From an uncultured Gammaproteobacteria bacterium (GTDB lineage Bacteria > Pseudomonadota > Gammaproteobacteria > JACCXJ01): DNA of 64,000 nt. Position numbers and translations under genes: made by a program. How positions within the stretch are numbered: position 1 is the stretch's first letter; each line of letters opens with the position of its first letter. The stretch spans positions 256,001-320,000 of the forward strand of contig CAVXTM010000015.1 of NCBI GenBank assembly GCA_963764725.1. Reading direction: 5' to 3'. Of the stretch, positions 44,517-54,750 are shown in pieces. A model generated the notes under the pieces. It worked only from the letters and a program-made list of their open reading frames with translations. It was not told the DNA's origin and did no database searches.

Positions 44517-45737
44517 TTAAAACGCAAGCTCGTTTACGCTCAAGATCGCGACTAGGATAGACATGATGATCGCCGCGATCACGAGACCGAGACCCAAGAT
44601 CAATACCGGTTCCAAGAGCGCCAGCATGCGCTTGACCGTGGCCCGCACCTCGCGATCATAGACCTCAGCCACTTGCATGAGCATCTCTTCGAGCTGTCCG
44701 GTCTCTTCCCCCACGCGGACCATGTGTACGGCAAGGCGAGGAAAATAAGCGATCTCTGTCAAGGGTTCAGCAAGCCCATGGCCGTGTTTCAGGCGCTCGG
44801 CGACGGTACCCATGCCCTCCGCCAAGACCTGGTTCCCCAGGGTCTCTTTCACGATCGATAGCCCGTTCAACAAAGGCACGCCGTTTGTGAGCAGGGTGCC
44901 GAGCATGCGGCTGAAGCGCGCCACCTCGATCTTCGTAATCAGCTCTCCGGCCAAGGGTAGCTTGAGGAAACGCTGATCCCAGCGGTAACGCGTCGCGGGT
45001 TGCGAGAGTTGCTTGCGGAAATAGAGTCCAATCACCACGGTGGCCAGGATGAGCAGCCACCAGTAATCACGCAGAAAATTCCCCATCGAGATGACCACTT
45101 GGGTGGCGAACGGCAAGGCCGCGCCCGCGTCCGAAAATAACTGCTCGAATTGCGGCACAACGTACACCAGGAGCACCAGTACCGAGAGCCCGGCCACGCC
45201 GAGCAGTATGGCCGGATAGATGAGCGCTGAGGTCACGCTTTCCTGAAGCTCGCGCGCGCGCTCGAGGTACTCGGAAAGACGCGTTAGCACCAGCTCGAGG
45301 GCGCCGCCGGCTTCGCCCGCGCGCAACATATTGAGATAAAGCCGCGAGAAGACGCCACCTTGGGCCTCCATGGCCGCCGAGAGCGTGGCGCCGCCGTGGA
45401 CGCCCTCGCGGATGCGTGTCAGCAATTGGCCTGCGGTTCCTTGGCCGGAGAGATCAATGAGGACCTCCAGGGCGCGGTCGAGCGGCAGCCGCGCGCGCAG
45501 CAAGGTGGCGAGCTCTTGGGTCAGGACCACTAACTGCGCTTGCGATAAGCGCTTCGAGCGCCGTAGCGTGATCCAGCCGGAGCGCCTGGCGCCCACGGCT
45601 GACGTTTCTTCGGCCCGGATCGGGATGTAACCGAGCGATTGCAGGCGCTCGATGGCCGCGGCCTGATCGCGTGCTTCCAACTCGCCTTCGAGAACCTCGC
45701 CTTCGGGGTTGGCGGCCTTGTAGCGATACAGCGCCAT
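44517..45737 (-). CDS. gspF: T2SS inner-membrane platform protein GspF
   Basis: MALYRYKA, QELATLL, AGE.GG.L, ALIYP, VGEETG.L, LLEP. Confidence 0.95.
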   Translation of the reverse strand: MALYRYKAANPEGEVLEGELEARDQAAAIERLQSLGYIPIRAEETSAVGARRSGWITLRRSKRLSQAQLVVLTQELATLLRARLPLDRALEVLIDLSGQGTAGQLLTRIREGVHGGATLSAAMEAQGGVFSRLYLNMLRAGEAGGALELVLTRLSEYLERARELQESVTSALIYPAILLGVAGLSVLVLLVYVVPQFEQLFSDAGAALPFATQVVISMGNFLRDYWWLLILATVVIGLYFRKQLSQPATRYRWDQRFLKLPLAGELITKIEVARFSRMLGTLLTNGVPLLNGLSIVKETLGNQVLAEGMGTVAERLKHGHGLAEPLTEIAYFPRLAVHMVRVGEETGQLEEMLMQVAEVYDREVRATVKRMLALLEPVLILGLGLVIAAIIMSILVAILSVNELAF

Positions 45738-45739
45738 GC

Positions 45740-47464
45740 TCAGGAGACGTTGGTCACGCGCAGCACCTCTTCGATGGCCGTGATCCCGCGGAGCGCCTTG
45801 TCGACACCGTCTTTGAACATGGTACGCATGCGGGCTTCGACCGCCGCGGCTTGAATTTGTCCCGCATCGGCGCGCTTGAGCACCAGCCGCCGGATCGGGT
45901 CCGTCATGGCAAGAAACTCGAGGATCGCGGTGCGCCCTCGGAACCCTGTGCCCGCGCATTGGGGACAACCGACGGGTTCATAAAGCACGACGTTCTTATC
46001 TTGCACATAGTCGCGCAGTTTCAGTTCCTCCACGATCTCGGGCAGCGCCTCATAGGGACGCCGGCATTGTATGCACAGCGTCCGCACCAAACGCTGCGCC
46101 AGAACACCGTTGACGGTCGAAGTCAGCAAATAGTCTTCAACGCCCATGTCCAGCAAACGCGTAACGCTGCTGCCCGCATCGTTGGTATGTAGGGTGGAGA
46201 GGACCAAGTGACCCGTGAGCGCCGACTGGACCGCGATCTCCGCGGTCTCGAGATCGCGGATTTCCCCGATCATGATGACGTCGGGGTCCTGGCGGACGAT
46301 GGATCGCAGGGCGTTGGCGAAATTAAGGCCGATCTGCGGTTTCACCTGGATCTGATTGATGCCCTCGAGCTGGTATTCCACCGGATCCTCGACGGTGAAA
46401 AGCTTACGCTCGGGGGTGTTGAGTCGCTTGAGCGCCGCGTACAGCGTGCTCGTCTTGCCGCTTCCGGTCGGGCCGGTCACCAACAGGATCCCGTGGGGAA
46501 GATCCAGGATCTCGAGAAACGCTTTGAGCACATCGTCGCTAAAACCGAGCGGCTGGAATTCGAAGCTGATGGCCTGTTTGTCCAATACCCGCATGACCAC
46601 GCTTTCCCCGTGCAGCGTCGGGACGGTTGAGATCCGGAGGTCGATCTCCTTGCCTTGTACGCGTAATTGAATGCGGCCGTCCTGGGGCAGGCGGCGTTCG
46701 GCGATGTTGAGCTTGGCCATGATCTTCACGCGCGAGATCACGGCGGCCGTGGAGCGAGCGGGCGGGGCTTCGACCTCGTGCAGCACGCCGTCGATGCGGT
46801 AGCGCACTTTGAGCCGGTTCTCGAACGGCTCGATGTGGATGTCGGAGGCGCGCGAGTCGATGGCGCGATTGATGAGGTGGTTCACCAAGCGCACGATCGG
46901 CGCTTCGCTAGCCAGATCCTTGAGCCGCTCGATATCTTCCTGCTCGCTCACGTCGGTGCGTGTCTCAATGTCATCGACGATCTGGTCGAGAACCGTTTTA
47001 CCGGTTCCGTACAGCCTTTCGATCGCGGCGAGGATCTCCGAAGGCACGCCAATGACCGGCCAGACGGGCCGCCCGCAGGCGAGCGCGAGCGCCTCGACGA
47101 CATAGGTATCCTCGGGCATGGCCATCGCTACGACCAGGGTGCCATCCTGCTCGAAGACCGGGATCGCCCGGGCGGTTTTTAGAAACTTCGCCGAGACCTG
47201 TTCTTCATAGAGCGGCGTGACCGGGTAGTCGTCCGCGGCGAGGAGCGGAACTTCGAACAGTGCCGCGAGTGCGTCCGCGAGGTCTCGCTCCGAAACCTGG
47301 CCTAGCTTGACCAACACCGTCCCGAGATATTCGCCATTCGTTTGCGCCAGGCGCGAGGCACTCTCGAGGCCCTCTCGCGAGAGCTTGCCCGCGGCAATCA
47401 AGTGGCTGCCCAGGCGTTCGGCGCTCGTGGGTGGAGGTTCTGTAAGCGTCGCTAATGATCTCAT
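45740..47464 (-). CDS. gspE: T2SS ATPase GspE with an N-terminal MshEN-like domain
   Basis: ASDIHIEP, RLPQDGR, GPTGSGKT, RQDPD, Cys motifs; N-terminal RLG..LI..G.L. Confidence 0.95.
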   Translation of the reverse strand: MRSLATLTEPPPTSAERLGSHLIAAGKLSREGLESASRLAQTNGEYLGTVLVKLGQVSERDLADALAALFEVPLLAADDYPVTPLYEEQVSAKFLKTARAIPVFEQDGTLVVAMAMPEDTYVVEALALACGRPVWPVIGVPSEILAAIERLYGTGKTVLDQIVDDIETRTDVSEQEDIERLKDLASEAPIVRLVNHLINRAIDSRASDIHIEPFENRLKVRYRIDGVLHEVEAPPARSTAAVISRVKIMAKLNIAERRLPQDGRIQLRVQGKEIDLRISTVPTLHGESVVMRVLDKQAISFEFQPLGFSDDVLKAFLEILDLPHGILLVTGPTGSGKTSTLYAALKRLNTPERKLFTVEDPVEYQLEGINQIQVKPQIGLNFANALRSIVRQDPDVIMIGEIRDLETAEIAVQSALTGHLVLSTLHTNDAGSSVTRLLDMGVEDYLLTSTVNGVLAQRLVRTLCIQCRRPYEALPEIVEELKLRDYVQDKNVVLYEPVGCPQCAGTGFRGRTAILEFLAMTDPIRRLVLKRADAGQIQAAAVEARMRTMFKDGVDKALRGITAIEEVLRVTNVS

Positions 47465-47611
47465 GGCTACGCCGTGTGGGGCTTCAGTAGAGGGGACGGT
47501 TTGTCAACGGAAAACGATTCACCGAGTTTACATGTGCCGCTCCGTGTCGTTGCGCTATTGTAACTACCCTTGCACCGGGTGGGCTAGGGTGCGGCGAAAG
47601 AGTGCGAAGAA

Positions 47612-47627
47612 TGTGAAATATTTCACA
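47612..47627. promoter_or_regulatory. Perfect palindrome TGTGA-N6-TCACA (CRP-family or Rex-like box)
   Basis: tgtgaaatatttcaca in the divergent gspE / glcG-like intergenic region. Confidence 0.6.
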
Positions 47628-47815
47628 AAAGGGCTGCCAGTTCTTGCCGTAAAAACGTGCACTCGCTTAAACTTGCTGCGCTTCGGCCTTGGGGACGCGG
47701 CAAAAAACCTGGCACGCCGTGCGGCAGAGTGCGTGCGCCGGGGATAATGGGCCGAACGACTCTGGAATAAGTTTGTTCACTTTCGTTCACTGATAACACA
47801 TGGAGAAATCACAAA

Positions 47816-48637
47816 ATGCCTATCTTACATCGTTTCACCACGCTCACTGTCGCCAGTACCATCGCCTTGAGCCTGGGGTCGGGCGCGGCGTATGCTGCTG
47901 GCAATCCGTGCAAGGATTTACCGAGTTACGCCGACTTAAGGAATGCGCTGAAGTTAGCGACCGATTCTGACGCGGATGGTACACCCGACGGCAACGGCGG
48001 GTTTAATCTCGATATGTGGGGCACGATTGTCAACCGTGACGGCGTGGTATGTGCCGTTGCTTTCTCGGGTGATGTGCGGGGCGATCAATGGCCGGGTAGC
48101 CGAGTGATCTCCGCGCAGAAGGCAAACACTGGCAATGCCTTTAGCCTAGCAGGTTTGGCATTATCGACCGCCAACCTGTATTCGGCGGTCTCGCCCGGCG
48201 GCAGCTTATACGGCTTGCAGCATAGCAACCCGGTTTCCACTACGGTAGCTTATCGTGGGGATCCGAAGCACTACGGCCAGGTTAACGATCCGATGGTGGG
48301 CCGCAAGATCGGCGGTGTCAATGTGTTCGGTGGCGGCGGTGGCCTGTATAACGCGGCCGGCACGCTTGTGGGTGGGTTGGGTGTGAGCGGTGATAGCTCG
48401 TGCGCAGACCACAACATCTTCTGGAAGACCCGTTTTAATCTGAACCTGGATAACGTACCTGGCGGCGTGAGCACCACGGGCGACGATAATATTGTCAATG
48501 ACATCACTTCGCAGGACGGTCAACAGGAAGGCGAGAGCGCTAGTGGTTGGGGCCATCCCGTTTGTAGTGATGCCGCTACCCCTATCGGAGCTGCGTTGCC
48601 AACCGACTTCCCGGTTGGTCCGGCACCGGCACCTTAG
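47816..48637 (+). CDS. Secreted GlcG/HbpS family heme-binding protein
   Basis: Signal peptide; VNRDG, SAQKANT, FGGG..LY...G.LVGGLGVSGD...AD. Confidence 0.82.
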   Translation: MPILHRFTTLTVASTIALSLGSGAAYAAGNPCKDLPSYADLRNALKLATDSDADGTPDGNGGFNLDMWGTIVNRDGVVCAVAFSGDVRGDQWPGSRVISAQKANTGNAFSLAGLALSTANLYSAVSPGGSLYGLQHSNPVSTTVAYRGDPKHYGQVNDPMVGRKIGGVNVFGGGGGLYNAAGTLVGGLGVSGDSSCADHNIFWKTRFNLNLDNVPGGVSTTGDDNIVNDITSQDGQQEGESASGWGHPVCSDAATPIGAALPTDFPVGPAPAP

Positions 48638-48762
48638 GTCTGCATGCTTTTGGCGATACGATAAGACGCCTGTAGTCGCATCGCGAGGGCCACTGGAATC
48701 CTTCCAGTGGCTCTTTTCATTTTTGCGGGCGAGTAGCCTATAGGTTTGTTACAGGTTGCAGG

Positions 48763-49011
48763 CTACTCCGGGGCTGCTGATGAGGATCCCGAATCATCCG
48801 GGACGTTCAGTCCCTTCTCGCGCAGCCCTTTGGCGATCATCTCCCGGATCTTGGCTGCCTGCTCGTCGCGGCGCTTTTGCTGTTCTATGAGCCTTTTGTC
48901 TTGCAATCCGGCCGCTTGCTGCGCCTCGTACGAACGCCACTGTTCAAAAGCGTACTGCGAGGCGAGGGCGCCTATAAAAACACCGAGCGCGATTTGGAAA
49001 ACAAGCTTCAC
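48763..49011 (-). CDS. Small hypothetical membrane-anchored protein
   Basis: N-terminal hydrophobic helix plus coiled coil; 4-nt overlap with the pfk stop. Confidence 0.55.
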   Translation of the reverse strand: MKLVFQIALGVFIGALASQYAFEQWRSYEAQQAAGLQDKRLIEQQKRRDEQAAKIREMIAKGLREKGLNVPDDSGSSSAAPE

Positions 49012-50273
49012 GGGAGTTTATAATCCGTAGTAAGTTTCTTCGACACGGGCTCGTTCTTGAGCCGCACATAGCGCGGCAGCCCGTTTTCATACGGGGGATA
49101 GTCTTCGCCCTGGATGAGCGGGCTGAGATAGCGGCGGCAGTTGTCGGTGATCCCCCACCCATCCGCGCTGATATATTCGCGCGGCATCTTCTTCTCGACG
49201 TTGGCGACCTCTTCGAGCCGCGCTTCCCCCACCTCCCACACGTAGGGTTCATCGGACTTGCGCACGATGATCGGCAGGACGGCGTTCTTCCCGGCGAGCG
49301 CGAATTCGACCGCGGCCCGGCCCAGGGCATACGCTTGTTCGACATCGGTTTTCGATGCGATATGGCGTGCCGCGCGTTGAAGATAATCCGCGACCGCCCA
49401 GTGGTATTTGTAACCCAGCCCCGTCTTTACCAACCCCGCGATGACCGGCGCGACCCCGCCGAGCTGCGCATGGCCGAAGGCATCGCGGGTCCCGGCTTCG
49501 GATAGAAATTCCCCGGCCTTGTTTTTTAGTCCTTCCGAGACCACGATGACGCAATAGCCCTCGGTGTCGACGACGTGGTTGACGCGCGTCAAGAATCCCG
49601 CCTCATCGAAAGGGATCTCCGGGAACAAGATAATATGCGGGGGATCGGTCGGCCGCTCCTGCGCCAATCCACCTGCGGCCGCGATCCAGCCCGCGTGCCG
49701 CCCCATGACCTCCAGGATGAACACCTTGGTCGAGGTCTTGGCCATCGAGGCCACGTCAAAGGCCGCCTCGCGCACCGAGACCGCCACGTATTTGGCCACC
49801 GATCCGAAGCCCGGGCAGGCATCGGTGACCGGCAGATCGTTATCGACGGTCTTGGGGATGCCGATGCAGGTAAGCGGATACCCGATCTGGGCCGCCATCT
49901 GTGCGATCTTGTTTGAGGTGTCTTGCGAATCCCCGCCGCCGTTATAGAAGAAGTAACCGATGTCATGGGCCTTACAGACCTCGATGAGCCGCTCGTATTC
50001 AGCGCGATTCTTGTCCAAGCCCTTGAGCTTATAGCGGCAGGAGCCGAACGCGCCGGCGGGGGTGTGGCGGAGGGCGGCGATGGCCTCATCCGACTCCTTG
50101 GAGGTATCGATGAGGTCCTCGGTCAGGGCGCCGATGATCCCATTGCGCCCGGCGTAGACCTTGGCGATGCGATCGGGATACCGGCGGGCCGTTTGAATGA
50201 GGCCGCAGGCGCTGGCGTTGATGACGGCGGTGACCCCACCGGACTGTGCGTAGAAGGCGTTTTTTGCTGACAT
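49008..50273 (-). CDS. pfkA: 6-phosphofructokinase (probably PPi-dependent type)
   Basis: QSGGVTAVIN, GGGDS, PKTVDND, EVMGRHAGW, DAFGH.QLGG; GGGD and PKTVDND suggest PPi use. Confidence 0.93.
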   Translation of the reverse strand: MSAKNAFYAQSGGVTAVINASACGLIQTARRYPDRIAKVYAGRNGIIGALTEDLIDTSKESDEAIAALRHTPAGAFGSCRYKLKGLDKNRAEYERLIEVCKAHDIGYFFYNGGGDSQDTSNKIAQMAAQIGYPLTCIGIPKTVDNDLPVTDACPGFGSVAKYVAVSVREAAFDVASMAKTSTKVFILEVMGRHAGWIAAAGGLAQERPTDPPHIILFPEIPFDEAGFLTRVNHVVDTEGYCVIVVSEGLKNKAGEFLSEAGTRDAFGHAQLGGVAPVIAGLVKTGLGYKYHWAVADYLQRAARHIASKTDVEQAYALGRAAVEFALAGKNAVLPIIVRKSDEPYVWEVGEARLEEVANVEKKMPREYISADGWGITDNCRRYLSPLIQGEDYPPYENGLPRYVRLKNEPVSKKLTTDYKLP

Positions 50274-50430
50274 GGTTTTTCTGGCTTTGGAAATAGTGTG
50301 ATACTACCGCGACATACTCGCCCGGGAAAAGCAGCTAAGTACCATTGTGCGCCGGGCGCTGCTCGATTACTTTAGTGCGGCTTATTTGCCCGCAGCCTCC
50401 GTGCACACGCAAGACGAGATAGCTTCTTCA

Positions 50431-51660
50431 ATGTCGTTCCCCGCCCGAGCATTGCGGCTGTGGCAGCGCGCGCCGCTCTACATGCGCATCGTGTTGGGGT
50501 TGGTCCTTGGGGTCCTCGTGGGCCTGGCCTTGGGGCCCGCGGCCGGCGGCTTGGGGTTGCCGGGACAACTCGTGCTGCGCCTTCTCGGCGCCCTCGCGCC
50601 GCCGCTCATCCTCGCGGCTATCGTGCATGCGCTCATGACCGCGCAGCTCGAAGGCGCTCTGACCTTCCGGCTCGTGCGCCTATTGATCCTGAATACCTTG
50701 GTCGCTATTTGCGTCGGTTTGACGGTCGCCAACGTGCTCGAACCGGGGGCCGGCGCCGGTCTGAAACCGCCAACTGCCGCTGCGGAGCACGCTGTGCCAG
50801 GCCACTCCGACCCGTGGTTGACGTTTCTCGATAACATACCGAGAAGTCTGCTCGGACCCTTGGGCGATAACGGCAAGGTGCTGGGCGTGATCGCGATCGC
50901 CTTGGCCTTCGGCATCGCGCTTAGGCGCGAGCGGACGCGGCCGCTCGACACGCCGCAGGATCTCGTCGAGCTATTCTTGGCGTGTCTCGTGCGCATCCTG
51001 CACTGGATCATCGCCATCGTGCCCCTGGCCGTATTCGGGATCGTGGCTAGCGTGGTCGGAACCGGTGGCTTCCGCGACTTCCGCAGCCTAGGCCTCTTTG
51101 TCTTGAGCGTGATCGTGGCCTTGCTCATTCAGGCGGGGTACTACCTGCTACGCATACGCTTCGGCTCGTGGGTGCATCCCTGGAAGGCGATCCAGGGTTC
51201 GCGCGACGCCCTGGTCATGGCGTTCTCGACCGCGAGCTCGACCGCGACCATGCCGGTCACGTATGCCTGTCTCAAGGATCGGGTAGGGCTGCGGGAGCGC
51301 TCGGCCACCCTCGGGGCGCTCGTCGGGGCCAATTTCAATAACGACGGCACCGCGCTCTACGAGGCCATGGCCGCGCTCTTCGTGGCGCAGATGCTGGGTC
51401 TCGATCTAACCCTTGCGCAACAGCTTATGGTGGTGTTGACCAGCGTCATCGCCTCGGTGGGAGCGGCCGGGATCCCCGAGGCCGGTTTGGTGACGATGAC
51501 CTTGGTGTTTAACGCGGTCGGGCTGCCTACCGAGTATATCGCCATCCTCCTGACCGTCGATTGGTTCCTGGACCGCTGCCGCACCGCCATCAATGTCATG
51601 GGCGACATCAATGTCAGTTGTCTGCTCGATGGGAAGCGGCGCGAGGCTGATCCCCCCTGA
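50431..51660 (+). CDS. Dicarboxylate/amino acid:cation symporter (DAACS)
   Basis: AFSTASSTATMP, NNDGTALYEA, GAAGIP, VDWFLDRCRT..NV.GD. Confidence 0.93.
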   Translation: MSFPARALRLWQRAPLYMRIVLGLVLGVLVGLALGPAAGGLGLPGQLVLRLLGALAPPLILAAIVHALMTAQLEGALTFRLVRLLILNTLVAICVGLTVANVLEPGAGAGLKPPTAAAEHAVPGHSDPWLTFLDNIPRSLLGPLGDNGKVLGVIAIALAFGIALRRERTRPLDTPQDLVELFLACLVRILHWIIAIVPLAVFGIVASVVGTGGFRDFRSLGLFVLSVIVALLIQAGYYLLRIRFGSWVHPWKAIQGSRDALVMAFSTASSTATMPVTYACLKDRVGLRERSATLGALVGANFNNDGTALYEAMAALFVAQMLGLDLTLAQQLMVVLTSVIASVGAAGIPEAGLVTMTLVFNAVGLPTEYIAILLTVDWFLDRCRTAINVMGDINVSCLLDGKRREADPP

Positions 51661-51677
51661 GCGTTTGTGAAGAAATC
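51661..51677. mobile_element. Solo end of the TGA-targeting MITE family
   Basis: gcgtttgtgaagaaatc matches 14/17 of the 6249 IR and follows a TGA stop directly. Confidence 0.4.
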
Positions 51678-51760
51678 ACAGAGTTCTACGAAGCTTCGAC
51701 TAACTTCGACATATCCCGATGGTCCTTTGCTTTTGCTACTAAGGCGGCGTGGGAGGCTGT

Positions 51761-52687
51761 TTACCGGTCCTGTGCTCTAGGGTTGAACACAGCGAGTTCA
51801 TCCTGAGTTGGACCCACAGGGTCCAGCCGGCGGGCGAGCTCTTCGGGCATGGGCGCGGCATCGCTGGCTCGACGGAAATCCCGCAGAGCCGTCCCCGTGC
51901 AGCGCACGTCGACGTTGGGTGCCCCTCGCCCGCGCTCGACGTCACTCCGACTCACGGTCCGGAAGTCGATACTGTAACGGGACAAGCAGCCCGCGCTCGA
52001 CGCGGTCGCGTGCAACTGCGATCCGGAGAACACGATGAGTCCACCCACTTCCGGGAGCAGCCGGAACTCCGGCTCGTCCTGGCTTAAGCCGATCGCCGAC
52101 GGCTGGACGCGCGGATCTTCGTCGACAAACTTCGCGACGTCCCTCCGCTCGACGTTGTGGCGGTAGTAATTGAACTGATCCGAATCGTTGACTACCGGAT
52201 TCGAGAAGTAACGTGGGTACAACGCCATAGCGTTGTCTCCGGTCAGCGGGTAAATCGGCAGCCACCAGTTGATCTGAGCTTGGGGTGCCCCGTACCACGT
52301 GTCCCGATGCACAGGGAAGGCATAGGCAATTCCTTTCGTGAGGTGCCCTGTGGGATAGGAGGTTCGAAGCTTGGGGACATCCATGTGGCAATCATCGAGA
52401 TCGGTCCCAAGCTCATCAAGGATACGACTGGCGAGCCGGCGCGCCTCGGGGTGATGCGTGAACGTGGGCTTGAGCCGCCCGAGCACGGACGCCAGCTCGC
52501 TTGGGGTGAGGGCCTCATGCACGCGCAGTGGATCGTGCGCCGCCAGGGCCGCTTCCACGATCTCACGGGCGAACGAAGCGAACTGCGCGACGGACCGAAG
52601 GTCATCGTAGACAAAGATCTCCCCAGCGAAGAGCCTTCTGCGTCGTTCCTCGTCCTGAATCGCATGGTTAAACCAGATTACCGTCAT
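51761..52687 (-). CDS. Hypothetical protein with a non-heme Fe(II)/2OG oxygenase-like motif
   Basis: HRDTWY...INWWLP...G..IVFSG.QLH...RYSIDFR (HxD...H...RxS). Confidence 0.7.
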   Translation of the reverse strand: MTVIWFNHAIQDEERRRRLFAGEIFVYDDLRSVAQFASFAREIVEAALAAHDPLRVHEALTPSELASVLGRLKPTFTHHPEARRLASRILDELGTDLDDCHMDVPKLRTSYPTGHLTKGIAYAFPVHRDTWYGAPQAQINWWLPIYPLTGDNAMALYPRYFSNPVVNDSDQFNYYRHNVERRDVAKFVDEDPRVQPSAIGLSQDEPEFRLLPEVGGLIVFSGSQLHATASSAGCLSRYSIDFRTVSRSDVERGRGAPNVDVRCTGTALRDFRRASDAAPMPEELARRLDPVGPTQDELAVFNPRAQDR

Positions 52688-52737
52688 GTTCTCTTAGCTG
52701 TAAAAATTGGAAACCGCACTTTAGTGAGGTATTTGCG

Positions 52738-53851
52738 TCAGTTTTCGAAGAAACGTCGCGCCCAGGCTTCGCGCTCGTAGCACCACAACTGGCCGAAGGA
52801 TTCCTTGAGCAGATAAGCGGTATTCAATCGCTTGTTGGCGGCGAGGAGCCTTTTCAGGGCGGCTCGACCATCGAGGGTCAGATGCTCCCGCCGGGAGAGC
52901 AGCGTATACCTTTGACCCTTGATGTAGCTCCGTTTCTCGCCGCTGAGCCGGGCATACTCCTCCTTGCGGATCTTATCGAGCGCCTCACCCAGGTGACGCA
53001 TCACGTGAAATTTATCGAACAGGATAGCCGCCTGGGGTGCTTGTTCTCTGGTACTGTTGCGAAACGGCTTCCACATGTCCATCACGGCCAAGCGTACCCC
53101 CTTGGTTTTACGTGGCCCCAGCCAGGTGAAGAATTCGTCCATGCTGGCCTCCGAGCGACCGGTTCCGCCGAACCAAATGGGTCGGCCACGGAGGAGATCG
53201 CTGACCACGATGCGATAGGTGTGACCCTTGCGGATGGCGATCTCATCGATGCCGATAACCGCAGGTCCTGGCCGGCCAGCCCGTGCAAGCTGCGCACCCA
53301 TGTATTGCTTGTCCAACTCCTTGACCGTCTGCCAGTCGAGATCCAACTCATCGGCCACCGCTTTGATGGTGCTCGTGCGCCAGCGCCGCCCGACGTAGAA
53401 AGCAAAGCGCTTGGTGTAGAAAGGGTTGTCGGCCAGAAAGTCCAGACGCTCGCGCTTCACCTTGCCGCACTGCCGGCAATCCACACGCCGGACCTCCAAC
53501 TCCAGCCGCACGTGCGTATCCCCGCAGGAGAGATCTCGAACCTGCCGCAGCTTCTTGTCGTACCAACCGCGATGCAACGTACCGCAGACTCCACAGCGTG
53601 TTTTTTTGAGCGTCGTACGAGCGTGACGATGCGGACCTTCGGTTCCCCGAAAACCCCGCGTACCGTTGCTTGTGGACGAAAGCCGTCAAAGGCGTATGTG
53701 TCGGTGAGACGACGAGAGCGTTTGCGTTGGGTAGCCATCGCCACAGCATGCCAGAAATTACCGTCCCTTCAACCGGGCGTAATCCCTTGCAGAGCAAGCC
53801 TTGCAGCGTGACCATGAAACCAATATTACCCACACGTTTTTACGAAGACCC
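52738..53851 (-). mobile_element. ISL3-family IS, 3'-truncated; transposase split across ORFs 53457..53744 and 52738..53577
   Basis: Left IR gggtcttcgtaaaaacgtgtggg ending at 53851; IGIDE, MDMWKPF, DKFHV, AYLLKE motifs; A7 run at 53601-53607; stops at FFEN with no right IR. Confidence 0.9.
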
Positions 53852-53859
53852 TCATTTTT

Positions 53860-54702
53860 TTACGTGCCATAGCACTGCGCAAACAGGCCTAGGAAAACGT
53901 TTCGCACGGCTTTTACTAAATTTTCGGGTGTCCCGATGTCGAGACAGGTGTCATCGGGAAATACTACCCCTTCCACTCGCAGATCACTTTCGATCGCAGC
54001 CTTGAGAACGTCCCCAACAATCAATTCTCGCTGCTCGCGCATATTGTCCTGTTTGTTTGCTTTTTGGATAGCGCCAAGATATTCGTGCATGAAATGTGTG
54101 AAGACCGGTGTCCAGAGAGCAATACTCCATCCGTAGCGTAGATGAGTCTCTTTAGGTTTTATTGCAATGAGACTTATTCGACCGTCGTCGTCCAGATCCA
54201 CCATGTCCCATTTCTGCGGCTCTTCGATAGGGAAGAGCCCCAACACTACATCGGCATTCGTGGTTGCTTGCCTGGCCAGCAAGCGAACGAATGCATCGTC
54301 GGTTTTGAAAATAATATCGGGATAACCGAATGCCACCAACGCGCTTTGCACAAAGGGATAAGCCTGGTCCAAGGTGTAGGGCGCGCCAAAAGGCAAACCC
54401 ATCATCAAGTAGGCTAAATGCATATCCAACATTGCGCCATCTCCCAGATAGGCGGGAATGTCCCATTTGCCTTTGCCTAGCACAATGTAGACCTTGATGA
54501 CACCTGCCAATCGCATCTTCTCGAGCAGATAATGGCAAACCACTTTCGGACGCACGCTCTCACTGTCGCCCAAGGCCCGGAAGCCCACCGGATATAACTC
54601 TTTGCTGCAAGGTAATGGGGCCAGCCGCGTTGCTTTCCCGCCTGCCGGGAGCAACCCAATGACTTCCCGATAAAGCTCTCGGTCCCGGTTCGAGTTAGGC
54701 AT
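53860..54702 (-). CDS. Sugar-phosphate nucleotidyltransferase (dTDP-glucose pyrophosphorylase-like)
   Basis: GLLPAGGKATRL.PLP.SKEL.PV; DIGTPE. Confidence 0.88.
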   Translation of the reverse strand: MPNSNRDRELYREVIGLLPAGGKATRLAPLPCSKELYPVGFRALGDSESVRPKVVCHYLLEKMRLAGVIKVYIVLGKGKWDIPAYLGDGAMLDMHLAYLMMGLPFGAPYTLDQAYPFVQSALVAFGYPDIIFKTDDAFVRLLARQATTNADVVLGLFPIEEPQKWDMVDLDDDGRISLIAIKPKETHLRYGWSIALWTPVFTHFMHEYLGAIQKANKQDNMREQRELIVGDVLKAAIESDLRVEGVVFPDDTCLDIGTPENLVKAVRNVFLGLFAQCYGT

Positions 54703-54750
54703 GGCTTTCTGGATCTCGTGCGTAGATAAGGCGCCAGTCAGAGGTCTTAA

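Noticed and set aside
47710-47726. Possible sigma54 promoter TGGCACG...GC
   Set aside because: The GG-to-GC spacing is off by one and the TTGC element is missing.
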